46,108 nt of DNA from Candidatus Micrarchaeota archaeon (GCA_003660975.1 QMVG01000006.1:1-46108); one strand, 5' to 3'. Positions 1-9,576 are shown, numbered from the stretch's first letter. Notes: generated by a model from the sequence alone, not told the origin. Made by a program: numbers and translations.

Positions 1-1
1 A

Positions 2-838
2 AAGGAGGTGGTGGAGCTGGCAAAGGGGAGGGTGCCCGTTATGGCCGGCACAGGGAGCAACTCCACCGCTGAAGCCCTGAAGGGGACGAAGGGAGCGGTA
101 GAGCTGGGGGTGGAGGCGGTGCTCCTTGTCGACTGCTACTACAACGGCCCCTCCTCGTTGGAGCTTCGCACTGAATACTACGAGGTGATCGCCAAATCCT
201 TTCCCGACACCTTCATAACCCCTTATATCATTCCCGGGCGCACGGGAACCCAGATGGAGGTGGAGGATCTGGCCCTCCTGAGGAGGGAGTGCAGGAACGT
301 TCAGGCCGTGAAGGAGGCGACCGGGGACCTGGAGAGGATGGCGAAGACGAGGACACTTCTGGGAGATGACTTTGATATCCTCTCGGGAGACGACGATAAG
401 ACCTTTGAGATGATGGTTCGAGAAGACATCAGGGCACAAGGGGTGGTCTCGGTGGTCTCCAACGTGGTCCCGGGGGCGGTGGCTGAGATGACTGAGGCAC
501 TGCTTAGGGGAGATATGGAGAGGGGAAAGAGGCTCAGGGAAGCCCTGGCTCCCCTCTTCGGAATCGTCACCGTGAAGACTGAGGAGGAGTACGGGGGATT
601 TCAGGTCCCCTGCAAGTTCCGAAACCCCGTGCCCATAAAGACCCTGATGCGGGGTTTGGGACTTCCTGCCGGACCATGCCGCCGGCCCCTGGGGAGGATG
701 ACTCCCAACGGGGTGAAGAAGGTGAGGGAGGCGATAAGGGAGGTCTATGAGAGGGCCCCGGAGATACTTTCTCCGTTGGAGGAGGTTTACAAGATAAACG
801 TGGAGGAGAGGATCTCCAGCGATGAGTACTGGGTCTAA
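2..838 (+). CDS. dapA: 4-hydroxy-tetrahydrodipicolinate synthase, 5'-truncated by the window edge
   Basis: GRVPVMAGTGSNST, YYN, PGRTG, Schiff-base VKEA and LSGDD motifs. The frame is open from position 2, so the start probably lies upstream. Confidence 0.9.
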   Translation, partial: KEVVELAKGRVPVMAGTGSNSTAEALKGTKGAVELGVEAVLLVDCYYNGPSSLELRTEYYEVIAKSFPDTFITPYIIPGRTGTQMEVEDLALLRRECRNVQAVKEATGDLERMAKTRTLLGDDFDILSGDDDKTFEMMVREDIRAQGVVSVVSNVVPGAVAEMTEALLRGDMERGKRLREALAPLFGIVTVKTEEEYGGFQVPCKFRNPVPIKTLMRGLGLPAGPCRRPLGRMTPNGVKKVREAIREVYERAPEILSPLEEVYKINVEERISSDEYWV

Positions 839-2063
839 GGTCCTTCTCAAGGAGGAGAACGAGAGGCTTCCTGTCCATGTCTTCGATCTGCCCATCCACG
901 AGATCAGGAGGGGGTACCGCTCTGACGTCTACTTTTGGCGGGAGAAGCTGATCCTGGAACGGGACCGGCATAACCCCATCGTCCTCATGCAGGTCTTCCA
1001 GAAGAAACACGCGGTGCTCTGCGGGGTGGATGAGGCGATCGCCATCCTGAAGGTGGGCACTGGCCACTACAAGGATCTGCAGAAGGCGTATAAGCTCTTC
1101 GATCGCCTGATGGAGATCAAGATGGAGATGCGCAAGTACCGGTACGCGGACAGGGAGCGTTTTCTCGCCCTCACGAGGGAGCGGTGCGAGATCGAGGCGG
1201 CCCTGGACGAGATCTGGGTGGACGAGTTCGATCAGCTCAAGATCACCGCATTAAGGGATGGTGATGAGGTGGAGCCCTACGAACCGGTGATGCATATCGA
1301 GGGGCCAGCGGCAAGCTTCGCCCACCTGGAGACGGTCTACCTGGGGGTGCTAGCCCGCAGGACCAAGGTGGCCACGAACGTGCGCCGCTGCGTTCAGGCG
1401 GCCCAGGGGAAGCCGGTCCTGTTTTTCGCTGCCCGCTTCGACCACTTCAGCGTGCAGGGAGGGGATGGCTATGCCGCCACCATCGGAGGGGCCCATGCGG
1501 TATCTACCGACGCGGGGGCAGAGTGGTGGGGTTCCCGGGGGATAGGGACGATACCCCATGCCCTTATCGCCTGCTACCGGGGGGATACGGCCCTGGCCAC
1601 CTATAAGTTTTACGAGCACATTGCCAAGGGGACTGACATCAAGGTGATCGCCTTAGTGGACTACCACAACGACTGCGTGGGCACATCCTTGGAGGTGGCG
1701 AGGAAGCTCGGAAAGATCCTCTGGGCCGTGAGGCTTGATACCTCGGACACCATGGTGGATCGCTCCCTCTGGGAGGAGATGATGCAGTTTGACCCAAGGG
1801 GAGTGAACGTCCGCTTGGTGGAGAAGGTCCGCTCTGCCCTGGACAAGGAGGGGTTCTCCTGGGTGAAGATCATCGTCTCAGGGGGCTTCAACCCTGAGAA
1901 GATCGCTCACTTCGAGGAGAAGAAGGCCCCGGTGGACATTTACGCCGTGGGAAGCGCCCTCTTTGAGGGGAAGTACGACTTCACCGCTGATATCGTCATG
2001 GTGGACGGGGAGCCAGAGGCAAAGAAGGGGAGGGAGTACCGGCCCATTCGCCTGCGCCGCTGA
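822..2063 (+). CDS. pncB: Nicotinate phosphoribosyltransferase
   Basis: SDVYF, ARFDH, GTIPHALI, LVD, VRLDTS, SGGF, AVGS and FTADIV motifs of the NAPRTase family; overlaps the dapA stop. Confidence 0.8.
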   Translation: MSTGSKVLLKEENERLPVHVFDLPIHEIRRGYRSDVYFWREKLILERDRHNPIVLMQVFQKKHAVLCGVDEAIAILKVGTGHYKDLQKAYKLFDRLMEIKMEMRKYRYADRERFLALTRERCEIEAALDEIWVDEFDQLKITALRDGDEVEPYEPVMHIEGPAASFAHLETVYLGVLARRTKVATNVRRCVQAAQGKPVLFFAARFDHFSVQGGDGYAATIGGAHAVSTDAGAEWWGSRGIGTIPHALIACYRGDTALATYKFYEHIAKGTDIKVIALVDYHNDCVGTSLEVARKLGKILWAVRLDTSDTMVDRSLWEEMMQFDPRGVNVRLVEKVRSALDKEGFSWVKIIVSGGFNPEKIAHFEEKKAPVDIYAVGSALFEGKYDFTADIVMVDGEPEAKKGREYRPIRLRR

Positions 2064-2070
2064 AGCCTGA

Positions 2071-2100
2071 TTGACCCCTCTCGGGTCGATATCGTATAAT
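2071..2100 (+). promoter_or_regulatory. sigma70 promoter for tRNA-Leu
   Basis: TTGACC (2071-2076), 18 bp spacer, TATAAT (2095-2100), 10 nt before the tRNA. Confidence 0.75.
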
Positions 2101-2110
2101 TTCCTCGGTT

Positions 2111-2198
2111 GCCGGAGTGGCGGAATTGGGAGACGCAGGGGACTCAAAATCCCCCGGGAGCCACTCCCGTGTGGGTTCGAATCCCACCTCCGGCACCA
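2111..2198 (+). tRNA. tRNA-Leu (anticodon CAA)
   Basis: Acceptor stem GCCGGAG/CTCCGGC plus ACCA; anticodon arm GGGGA-CTCAAAA-TCCCC; long variable arm; T arm GTGGG-TTCGAAT-CCCAC. Confidence 0.97.
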
Positions 2199-2203
2199 GC
2201 TTT
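2186..2203 (+). repeat. attL-like direct repeat (tRNA 3' end)
   Basis: ACCTCCGGCACCAGCTTT matches 28858-28875 at 16 of 18 positions. Confidence 0.7.
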
Positions 2204-2264
2204 CGGACTTCACTCTTTTTCTTTACCTCTTTGTAGAAATTATTGCTTTTTACTAAACCTTAAG

Positions 2265-2280
2265 CGATTAATTTTAACCG
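2265..2280. promoter_or_regulatory. Putative enhancer (UAS) site A for a sigma54 activator
   Basis: Reverse complement CGGTTAAAATTAATCG fits YGGTTRAWWWTWATCR; about 90-100 bp upstream of the sigma54 promoter. A partial second copy lies at 2284-2299. Confidence 0.6.
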
Positions 2281-2364
2281 AAAGGTTTATACTTAACCAT
2301 TTATCTCCCCGTAAATTTCAATGGTTTTTTCAATCATTTTAACAAAATTTCCCCTACTTAATTA

Positions 2365-2381
2365 TTGGTATAATTCTTGCT
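2365..2381 (+). promoter_or_regulatory. sigma54 (-24/-12) promoter of the bzdN operon
   Basis: TTGGTATAATTCTTGCT: GG(2367-68)-N10-GC(2379-80). Confidence 0.8.
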
Positions 2382-2426
2382 GAACATTTTTAAGACCCCC
2401 TGAAGATCCCTAAAAGGGAGGGATAA

Positions 2427-3587
2427 ATGTTTGATAAATTCAGAGAATGGTATGAGAATCGACATGAGTATGCAAAAGATTGGAAGGAAAAAACCGGTGG
2501 TAAGGTAGTGGGTTACATATGTACCTATATCCCCGAGGAAATTCTCTATGCGGCAAACGTACTGCCAGTCAGAATTCTCGGAGGGCATGAACCAGAAAGC
2601 ATTGGCTTAGCAGAACCGTATCTTTTTGGGATGTACTGTCCCTTTTGTAGGGACTGTCTCGCACAGGGGCTTCAGGGGAAATATGCCTATCTGGATGGGA
2701 TAGTGATAGGCCAATCATGCATCCATATAAGGCAAACGTTTTTCTCTTGGAGGCAGAGAATCCCTCATGAGTTCGACCATTATATCCCTATGCCAATGAA
2801 TGTCGTGACCCCCCGCGCCTCGATCCCTTTTCTCAGGAAAGAGCTTGAGATCTTTAAGTCAGCCTTAGAAAGGTGGCTTGAGAAGGAAATAACCGATGAT
2901 GATCTGCGCAGAGGAATCGAGATAGTGAATAAAAACCGCAGACTGATGAAAAAGGTTTACAATTTAAGGAGAGAGCCGAACCCGAAGCTTACGGGCCTTG
3001 AAGCCATGTACATGGTGGTGTCAAGTCAATTGACGGATAAAAACGAGCACTCGGATGCGATTGAGGAGATGTTTAATAATGGACTGGCTACCAGGGATTT
3101 GGGAAGGGAGTCGAGCATTAGATTAATGACCGTGGGAAGTGAAAATGACGACGTTGAATTTACTAAAATGGTTGAGGAGACGCTTGGAGCTACTATTGTC
3201 ATAGAAGATCATTGTACGGGGAGCCGATATTTTTGGGAAGAGGTAAAACTCGATGAAAAAGATCCGCTTACTGCTATTGCAGAGCGTTATGTAACAAGAA
3301 CGCCCTGCCCTCAAAGGGATTGGGAACCTGAAAGAATTCGATTTAGGAGAATACTTGACCTCATTGAAGAGTTTGGAGTACAAGGGGTTCTGCTTATACA
3401 GCAGAAGTTCTGTGACCCACATGAGCTTGATATTCCTGCTCTTCGAGATCTTCTGAATGAAAAAGGAATTAAAAATTATTTCCTCGAGTTTGATGTAACT
3501 GTACCTGTAGGACAATTCAGAATAAGGGTAGAGGCATTCTTAGAGACGTTCGCTTCGGATGAGCTTTTTGCCGAGGACATAGTATAA
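2427..3587 (+). CDS. bzdN: Benzoyl-CoA reductase, Bzd-type, subunit N
   Basis: N-terminal FREWYENRHEYAKDWK, CPFCRD, SC and KFCDPH Fe-S ligands (HgdB/BcrC family); SD GGGAGG. Confidence 0.92.
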   Translation: MFDKFREWYENRHEYAKDWKEKTGGKVVGYICTYIPEEILYAANVLPVRILGGHEPESIGLAEPYLFGMYCPFCRDCLAQGLQGKYAYLDGIVIGQSCIHIRQTFFSWRQRIPHEFDHYIPMPMNVVTPRASIPFLRKELEIFKSALERWLEKEITDDDLRRGIEIVNKNRRLMKKVYNLRREPNPKLTGLEAMYMVVSSQLTDKNEHSDAIEEMFNNGLATRDLGRESSIRLMTVGSENDDVEFTKMVEETLGATIVIEDHCTGSRYFWEEVKLDEKDPLTAIAERYVTRTPCPQRDWEPERIRFRRILDLIEEFGVQGVLLIQQKFCDPHELDIPALRDLLNEKGIKNYFLEFDVTVPVGQFRIRVEAFLETFASDELFAEDIV

Positions 3588-3608
3588 AATCGCATGAGGG
3601 AAGACAAA

Positions 3609-4949
3609 ATGGACTCCGAGAACAAGTATCCCACAGAAGGTTTTAAGTGCTGGAAGAAGGCTAAGGAACTTCGCTTACAGTATTACAAAAATTATATGCA
3701 GGCGAAGGAGAAAGGCGGGATAAGGTGGGCTGGAAATGCTCCTAGCATTGATGCTGTTCCATACGGGCTGGGAGATGATGTCTATCACCTGACAGGAGAA
3801 CCTTATGGAGCTACTGTAGCTTACAATAAAGAATTTGCTAGGAGATGTCATGAAGTAGTTGAGGCAAAAGGATATGCGCGGGATCTCTGTGCTTATATGA
3901 GAAATTATTGGGGTTCTGTCTTGCTCAACGAATTCGTATTTGGAGGTCCATTCCCGAAGCCGGATTTCATGTGGGTCTTGCATAGTTGCTGCAGTCACGC
4001 AAAGTGGTATCAAGAGGCGAGCAGGATAGAGGGTGGGATTCCGTATTTCGTTATAGATTGGAGTGCTGGAATGTACTACAAGTGGGATGAAAAGAGGGAA
4101 GATTATGTGGTTGATCCTAACCAAGAGCACAGAATTCAATATCTTGTGGATCAGATGCAAGAAGGAATAGAGTGGCTTGAAGATATTACGGGAAGAGAAT
4201 ACGACGACGAGAAACTTATTCAAGCGGCAAAGAACTATTTCGAAAGTACCTCGCTGTGGGCAGAGATCTGCACATTGAACCAGGCTATACCCGCCCCCAT
4301 GGATGAAAAGACCATGTATTCATTTTATGTTTTCGCGGCCCTTCACAAAGCCCATAGGGAAGTAGTGGAATTTTACAAGGAACTGAGAGATGAGATGAGG
4401 GACAGAGTGGCGCGGGGTATAGCGGCGATCCCCAATGAAAAAGCAAGGATAATGACTGATATCCAGCCGCCATGGGGATTTCTGGAGATATATAGGTATA
4501 TGGAAAGTTATGGGGTTGTGAGCATAGGATCCTTCTATACATTTACGTTAATGGGCCACTGGGAAATTGCCGAAGACGGTACATTCCGGCCCAGGACTAC
4601 GCCTATGGAGAAAGGAATAGAGATACGCACGAGGGAGGATGCCTTACGATTGCTCGCTGATTGGGCACTGGGGCTGCCTATGGCGCAGATTTTTTATGAT
4701 CATCGATTTAAAAGTCATATCATGAAAAAAATATTCACTCAGTGGAAGTGTAATGGAATTATTATGCACTTTAACCGAGGATGTGAGGGACTTACTCTGG
4801 GAGTAGCGGAAAATAAACAAGCGCTCGTAGAAGCAGGTATTCCTGTCGCCTATTACGAAGGAAACATGGGTGACGAGAGGGAATTTGAACTCGCAACGGT
4901 AAAAGAACAAATAACAGCTTTCATAGAATCCCTCGGGTTAATCAAGTAG
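3609..4949 (+). CDS. bzdO: Benzoyl-CoA reductase, Bzd-type, subunit O
   Basis: KYPTE..KAKELR, GEPYGA, RDLCAYMR, CCSHAKWYQ, NRGCEG and EGNMGDEREF. Alternative start at 3594. Confidence 0.92.
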   Translation: MDSENKYPTEGFKCWKKAKELRLQYYKNYMQAKEKGGIRWAGNAPSIDAVPYGLGDDVYHLTGEPYGATVAYNKEFARRCHEVVEAKGYARDLCAYMRNYWGSVLLNEFVFGGPFPKPDFMWVLHSCCSHAKWYQEASRIEGGIPYFVIDWSAGMYYKWDEKREDYVVDPNQEHRIQYLVDQMQEGIEWLEDITGREYDDEKLIQAAKNYFESTSLWAEICTLNQAIPAPMDEKTMYSFYVFAALHKAHREVVEFYKELRDEMRDRVARGIAAIPNEKARIMTDIQPPWGFLEIYRYMESYGVVSIGSFYTFTLMGHWEIAEDGTFRPRTTPMEKGIEIRTREDALRLLADWALGLPMAQIFYDHRFKSHIMKKIFTQWKCNGIIMHFNRGCEGLTLGVAENKQALVEAGIPVAYYEGNMGDEREFELATVKEQITAFIESLGLIK

Positions 4950-4960
4950 GAGGACTGAGG

Positions 4961-5740
4961 ATGATAGCCGTGGGGATCGATATGGGGGCAAAAAATGTAA
5001 AGGCGGTGGTTGTGAGAGATGGTGAGCAGATCGGACGTAGCATATTTGAAACGGGATTTGACCGTTATGTGTCTGCCCGAAAGGCTTTTGAAGGGGCGTT
5101 ACAAGATGCGGACGTAGGAGAAGAAGACGTAGGTGTAGTCGTAGCTACTGGAGCCGGGAAAAAGGTTGTAACCTTCGCTGAGAAACAGTTTACAGTGATG
5201 GCCTGTAATGCGAAAGGAATTGTGAGGCTTTTCCCTTCAGTGAGGACAGTGATAGATGTCGGGGCGGAGGAAGCACGGGCTATTAGACTCGATGAGACCG
5301 GAAAAGTGATCGAGTTTGCCATCAACGAAAAGTGTGCCGCTGGGGCTGGAGCATTCGTGGAGGCGATGGCGCGAGCCATGGAAGTAGAAGTTGGGGAATT
5401 CGCACAACTTTCCCTTGCTTCGACGAAGGCCATCCCGATCAATGCCCAATGTGTGATTTTTGCTGAGTCGGAAGTTGTCTCCTTGATTCATGCGGAGACC
5501 GACAGAGCTGATATTGCCAAAGCTGTCCATGATGCCATGGCAGCAAGGGTTGGGGCTATGTCTCAGAGGATAAAGGTTCAAAAAGATATAGCCCTGGTTG
5601 GCGGGGTAGCGCGAAATATCGGGTTTGTTCAGTCGCTGAAAACCTTTTTGAAAGAGGATCTCCTAGTTCCGCCGGATCCAGAGTTTGTAACAGCCCTTGG
5701 TGCTGCATTATTAGGGATGGAAGGAGAAGAATCGGACTAA
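4961..5740 (+). CDS. bzdP: Benzoyl-CoA reductase ATPase/activator subunit P
   Basis: ASKHA ATPase GIDMG, IDVGAEE, NEKCAAGAG, CVIFAESE; synteny. Confidence 0.9.
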   Translation: MIAVGIDMGAKNVKAVVVRDGEQIGRSIFETGFDRYVSARKAFEGALQDADVGEEDVGVVVATGAGKKVVTFAEKQFTVMACNAKGIVRLFPSVRTVIDVGAEEARAIRLDETGKVIEFAINEKCAAGAGAFVEAMARAMEVEVGEFAQLSLASTKAIPINAQCVIFAESEVVSLIHAETDRADIAKAVHDAMAARVGAMSQRIKVQKDIALVGGVARNIGFVQSLKTFLKEDLLVPPDPEFVTALGAALLGMEGEESD

Positions 5741-5754
5741 GGAGGTTCAGGAGA

Positions 5755-6648
5755 ATGGCAACAGAGAAAAAAGAATATTGGCGATGGCATGAATATAACT
5801 GGCACGACCCTGACATAGACTGGAGGGATGCGGAAATAATAACTGCAGGTGTAGATGTGGGCTCAGTGAGCTCCCAAGCGGTAATCCTTGTGGATGGGAA
5901 GATATATGCCTGTGCCAATATGAGAACCGGGCATAGTTCTCCGGAAAGCGCCCGGAAAGTGGCCAATTGGGCGTTAGAAGGCACAGGGATGAGGATCGAG
6001 GATATCCATTATGTAGTAGGCACCGGGTATGGTCGTGTAAAGGTTCCCTTTGCCAATAGAGCTATTACTGAAATCGCTTGCCATGCACGAGGGGCGGTGG
6101 AGATATATGGTAATTCTGTAAGAACTGTATTGGACATGGGAGGGCAGGACCTTAAAGTAATTCGTTGTGATGAAAGGGGAAAGGTGCTCAATTTCCTGAT
6201 GAATGAAAAGTGTGCTGCTGGGACTGGTAGAGGTATGGAAGTGATGGCCGATTTGTTGGGAGTCCCTATCGGTGAGGTAGGCCCTCGTTCCCTCCAAGTA
6301 GATGAAGAGCCGCCTCCGGTTAGCAATACATGTGTCTTGTTTGCGAAGTCGGAAGCCTTAGGACTCCTAAGGGAAGGGTGGCCCACTGAAAAAGTACTCG
6401 CTGCCTTTTGCAGGGCAATGACGGATAGAGTATACGCCTTACTCGAGGAACTGGGTGTGCAGAGAGATCTCGCTATTACTGGCGGTATAGCGAAGAATGT
6501 CGGTATCGTTAAGAGATTGGAGAGAAAATTGGGTTTTGAGGCTTTGAAGACAGAGAAAGATCCGCAGCTTGCCGGCGCTTGGGGAGCTGCTCTTTTTGCA
6601 AAGGTCTTGTACCAGAAGGAGAGAGCACAAAAGAGGCAAGCTTGCTAA
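5755..6648 (+). CDS. bzdQ: Benzoyl-CoA reductase ATPase/activator subunit Q
   Basis: YWRW.E N-terminus, GVDVGSVSSQ, TGYGR, DMGGQD, CAAGTGRG, CVLFAKSE. Confidence 0.92.
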   Translation: MATEKKEYWRWHEYNWHDPDIDWRDAEIITAGVDVGSVSSQAVILVDGKIYACANMRTGHSSPESARKVANWALEGTGMRIEDIHYVVGTGYGRVKVPFANRAITEIACHARGAVEIYGNSVRTVLDMGGQDLKVIRCDERGKVLNFLMNEKCAAGTGRGMEVMADLLGVPIGEVGPRSLQVDEEPPPVSNTCVLFAKSEALGLLREGWPTEKVLAAFCRAMTDRVYALLEELGVQRDLAITGGIAKNVGIVKRLERKLGFEALKTEKDPQLAGAWGAALFAKVLYQKERAQKRQAC

Positions 6649-7737
6649 ATGGGAACCCTGCGGATAAATGAGCGGGAGGTGTCCTTCCAAGATGGGCAAA
6701 CTATCCTTGAAGTCGCGTTGGAGAATGGCATCTACATACCTCATCTTTGTACCCGCCGGGGTCTGTCTTCCCCGAAAGGATTGCTGTCGTCCGAGATAGT
6801 CTACAGGGGAGAAAAGGTCTACAGAGGCCAAAAGGGAAGGAAATATGAGGGCTGTGGTCTGTGTGTTGTACAAATAGAAGGTGGAAGGATAGTTGAATCG
6901 TGTGTGACAAAGGCTGAAGACGGCGCAGTCGTTTACACAAACACTCCCGAGATCGTCAAAAGAAGGCGCGAGAACCTTAGCAAGATTCTTGAAAAACATC
7001 CCCATGGATGTCTTCTTTGCCCACAACGAGAGGGATGTGACAGAAAGACTTGTTCATTTAACGTACCCGAGGAAGAGAGATGTTGCTGGAAATTTGGTGC
7101 CTGCGAACTGGAAAAATTAGCAGAATATGTGGGAATAGAAGGAGGATTACCCTCTTATAGAGCTCAGCGTGAAATAGTAAATGATAATCCATTCTTTTTT
7201 CGGGATTATACCTATTGCATTGGTTGCCTCAGGTGCGTAGTTGCCTGTAAAGAGATTGTGGGAGCGGAGGCCCTTGGGTTTGTTTGGGTTGATGGCGAGA
7301 TCGTTGTCGGGTTTAAGAGCTCTACCGCTATTGAAGCGGGTTGCAGGTTTTGCGGCATATGCGTTGATGTCTGTCCAACAGGTGCGCTCCGACACAAAGA
7401 GAGTAAAGTGGCTTCAAAGCGAAAGGCGGTTCTTCCCTCGACTATATATCCGCCCGAAAGATGGTTGCCATTCACTGAAGAAAACATTATGAGCGTGCCA
7501 GAAGAGGAAGGAGTATATCAACTCTATGACGAGCAGAGGAATCTCTACAAGGTGATCGGCACAGAAAACCTTAAAAAAGCGCTTTTAGAAGAAATCGAAT
7601 CAGGATGCAGGGCGAGTTATTTCACATACGAGGAAGATCTTATGTACACCTCTCGAGAAAGACAGATTATCCAGCAATATGTGAAGAAGCACGGAAGGTT
7701 GCCTCCCGGTAATGACGAAATGGAGGAGCTCTTTTGA
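6649..7737 (+). CDS. BzdV-like multi-Fe-S protein lacking a flavin/NAD(P) domain
   Basis: NuoG-like 2Fe-2S N-terminus, HPHGCLLC, CIGCLRCVVAC and CRFCGICVDVCP, then a C-terminal GVYQLYD domain; no GxGxxG motif. Confidence 0.7.
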   Translation: MGTLRINEREVSFQDGQTILEVALENGIYIPHLCTRRGLSSPKGLLSSEIVYRGEKVYRGQKGRKYEGCGLCVVQIEGGRIVESCVTKAEDGAVVYTNTPEIVKRRRENLSKILEKHPHGCLLCPQREGCDRKTCSFNVPEEERCCWKFGACELEKLAEYVGIEGGLPSYRAQREIVNDNPFFFRDYTYCIGCLRCVVACKEIVGAEALGFVWVDGEIVVGFKSSTAIEAGCRFCGICVDVCPTGALRHKESKVASKRKAVLPSTIYPPERWLPFTEENIMSVPEEEGVYQLYDEQRNLYKVIGTENLKKALLEEIESGCRASYFTYEEDLMYTSRERQIIQQYVKKHGRLPPGNDEMEELF

Positions 7738-7801
7738 TTATGTTTCCTTGAGAACGAATGGTGGACGTAGTCCATTTTTTGTATCAAATGCACATATAAA
7801 G

Positions 7802-9364
7802 ATGGCCTTAGATTACAAAACTTATAAAGAGGCGAAGGAGAAGTTCAGATGGAGTGAGAGGTGGGATCTGTTCGATGGCACTAAAGAGAGGTTCAATATA
7901 GCCCATGAGTGTATAGACCGTCATCCTCAGGAAGAGATAGCAATCAGGATAAAATTTGCGGATGGGAGAGTCAAGGTTTATACTTTTGGGGAGCTTGCGA
8001 AGCTAACCTGTCAGTTTGCCAACCTATTGGGGCACTTAGGTGTAGCCCCCGGTGATAGGGTAGCGATTCTGCTTTTCCCCTCTATTGAGTTTTACGTAAG
8101 CATGTTTGGCATCTTCAGGCACGGTGCAGTGGCGGTGCCTTGTTTCCCCCTTTTTGGCCCCGAAGCAATAGCGTTTAGGTTAGAGAAGGCAAGAGCGAAG
8201 GCCATAGTGACGACCCAAGATAAAGTAGAAGTGGTGAGTCCTGCTCTTGTAGAGAAACTTGGTTTAAAGTTTATCATTGCAGACGAACTCCTCGAAGAGT
8301 TAAAGAGACAAAGCGAGGTGTACAACTGGCACACCAATGCTGATTCCCTTTGTATGATCCAGTTTTCCAGTGGAACCACTGGGGCCCCTAAATCCGTCGT
8401 TTATCGACATGGGGCGGTTACGGTGGCGGCTGTGGTGATGAAGTTCGGGGTGGGGTTAACGTCCAATGATATCTATTTTTGCCCCTCTTCTCCTGCATGG
8501 GGACACGGTATATGGTACGGAACGATTTCTCCTTTGATCTTCGGCAAAGCCATCGGCACCTTTTCCGGGAAATTCGATGCGGAGAAAGTACTGGAGGCCT
8601 TAGAGGAGTGGGGAGTTACTAATATGGCGGCTATCTCCTCCCATTACCGTCTTATCATGGGATCGGGCAAAGCCAGCAAATATAACCTTAAGCTAAAGAA
8701 GATCTCCTATACTGGGGAAGCGATGAGCAAGGAGCTGATTTCTTCTATCCAACAAAACTGGGGATTGATTCCATACTGTCAATATGGGACGACAGAGATG
8801 GGACCTATAACTCTGGACTATGCAGGGTTTGAGGATTGGGTGGTTAAGCCTGGGAGTTTGGGTAAGCCGATGATCGGGGGGCTCAAGGTAGCGGTGATAG
8901 ATGAAGAGGGCAACGAGTTGCCACCAGGCAAGATAGGACAAATCGCCCTATGGCGGGAAGGCAAATGGGTCAGGGTAGGAGACAGCGCTTATACTGATGA
9001 AGACGGGTACTTTTGGTACGTTTCGAGAATAGATGATGTGATCATATCCGCGGGCTACACTATAGGCCCAATAGAGGTTGAAGAGGCGCTATTGAAGCAT
9101 CCCGCAGTCGAGGAATGTGCCGTGGTCGGAAGCCCTGATAGGGAGCGAGGTGAAATAGTGAAGGCATTTATTAAGCTAAAAGAAGGTTTTCAGCCGTCTG
9201 AAGCTCTATCAGCGGAGATAAAAGAGTTTGTGAAAGCGGAACTGAGTAAACACGAATATCCAAGAGAGATAGAGTTTATCGATGAATTACCTAAGACTCC
9301 CGATGGGAAGATCAAGAGAAAAGAGCTTAAGGAACGGGAGAGAGTGAAAAAACTTGGGCAATAG
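7802..9364 (+). CDS. AMP-forming acyl-CoA synthetase; candidate aromatic acid-CoA ligase
   Basis: SSGTTGAPK, YGTTE, GD, R.DD and PKTPDGK motifs. ATG 7802 preferred over 7712. Confidence 0.8.
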   Translation: MALDYKTYKEAKEKFRWSERWDLFDGTKERFNIAHECIDRHPQEEIAIRIKFADGRVKVYTFGELAKLTCQFANLLGHLGVAPGDRVAILLFPSIEFYVSMFGIFRHGAVAVPCFPLFGPEAIAFRLEKARAKAIVTTQDKVEVVSPALVEKLGLKFIIADELLEELKRQSEVYNWHTNADSLCMIQFSSGTTGAPKSVVYRHGAVTVAAVVMKFGVGLTSNDIYFCPSSPAWGHGIWYGTISPLIFGKAIGTFSGKFDAEKVLEALEEWGVTNMAAISSHYRLIMGSGKASKYNLKLKKISYTGEAMSKELISSIQQNWGLIPYCQYGTTEMGPITLDYAGFEDWVVKPGSLGKPMIGGLKVAVIDEEGNELPPGKIGQIALWREGKWVRVGDSAYTDEDGYFWYVSRIDDVIISAGYTIGPIEVEEALLKHPAVEECAVVGSPDRERGEIVKAFIKLKEGFQPSEALSAEIKEFVKAELSKHEYPREIEFIDELPKTPDGKIKRKELKERERVKKLGQ

Positions 9365-9406
9365 ATGTTTTGGATGAAGAGAATCATAGATGAAGATTTA
9401 ACATAC

Positions 9407-9422
9407 CGGTTAAAAATTATCG
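9407..9422. promoter_or_regulatory. Putative enhancer (UAS) site B
   Basis: CGGTTAAAAATTATCG, about 105-120 bp upstream of the sigma54 promoter. Confidence 0.6.
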
Positions 9423-9524
9423 TTTCTTGGCTTTGTAAGTCCGCAGGTTTCGCAAGTTCGCAAAAGAAATGACGTTTTATATTGTAGATCGCAGGGAAAG
9501 ATAACATAACTCAAGGTTCTCGCT

Positions 9525-9541
9525 TTGGTATGGTTCTTGCC
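9525..9541 (+). promoter_or_regulatory. sigma54 promoter of the ligase/ABC transporter operon
   Basis: TTGGTATGGTTCTTGCC: GG(9527-28)-N10-GC(9539-40). Confidence 0.8.
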
Positions 9542-9576
9542 TTTCCTAAGGAGACCCCCTTAAGAAGGAGGTGTCT

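Noticed and set aside
1878-2342. Short ORFs overlapping the tRNA (1878-2213, 1996-2196, 2071-2256, 2109-2342)
   Set aside because: They are translations of the tRNA-Leu sequence and its flanks.
2427-6648. 2-hydroxyacyl-CoA dehydratase of amino-acid fermentation
   Set aside because: Two distinct activator subunits, Bzd-specific termini and the linked dch/had/oah/bzdM favour benzoyl-CoA reductase.
7480-7737. GIY-YIG-like segment as a homing endonuclease or intein
   Set aside because: No intein termini, and it matches the C-terminal domain I recall from BzdV-type proteins.
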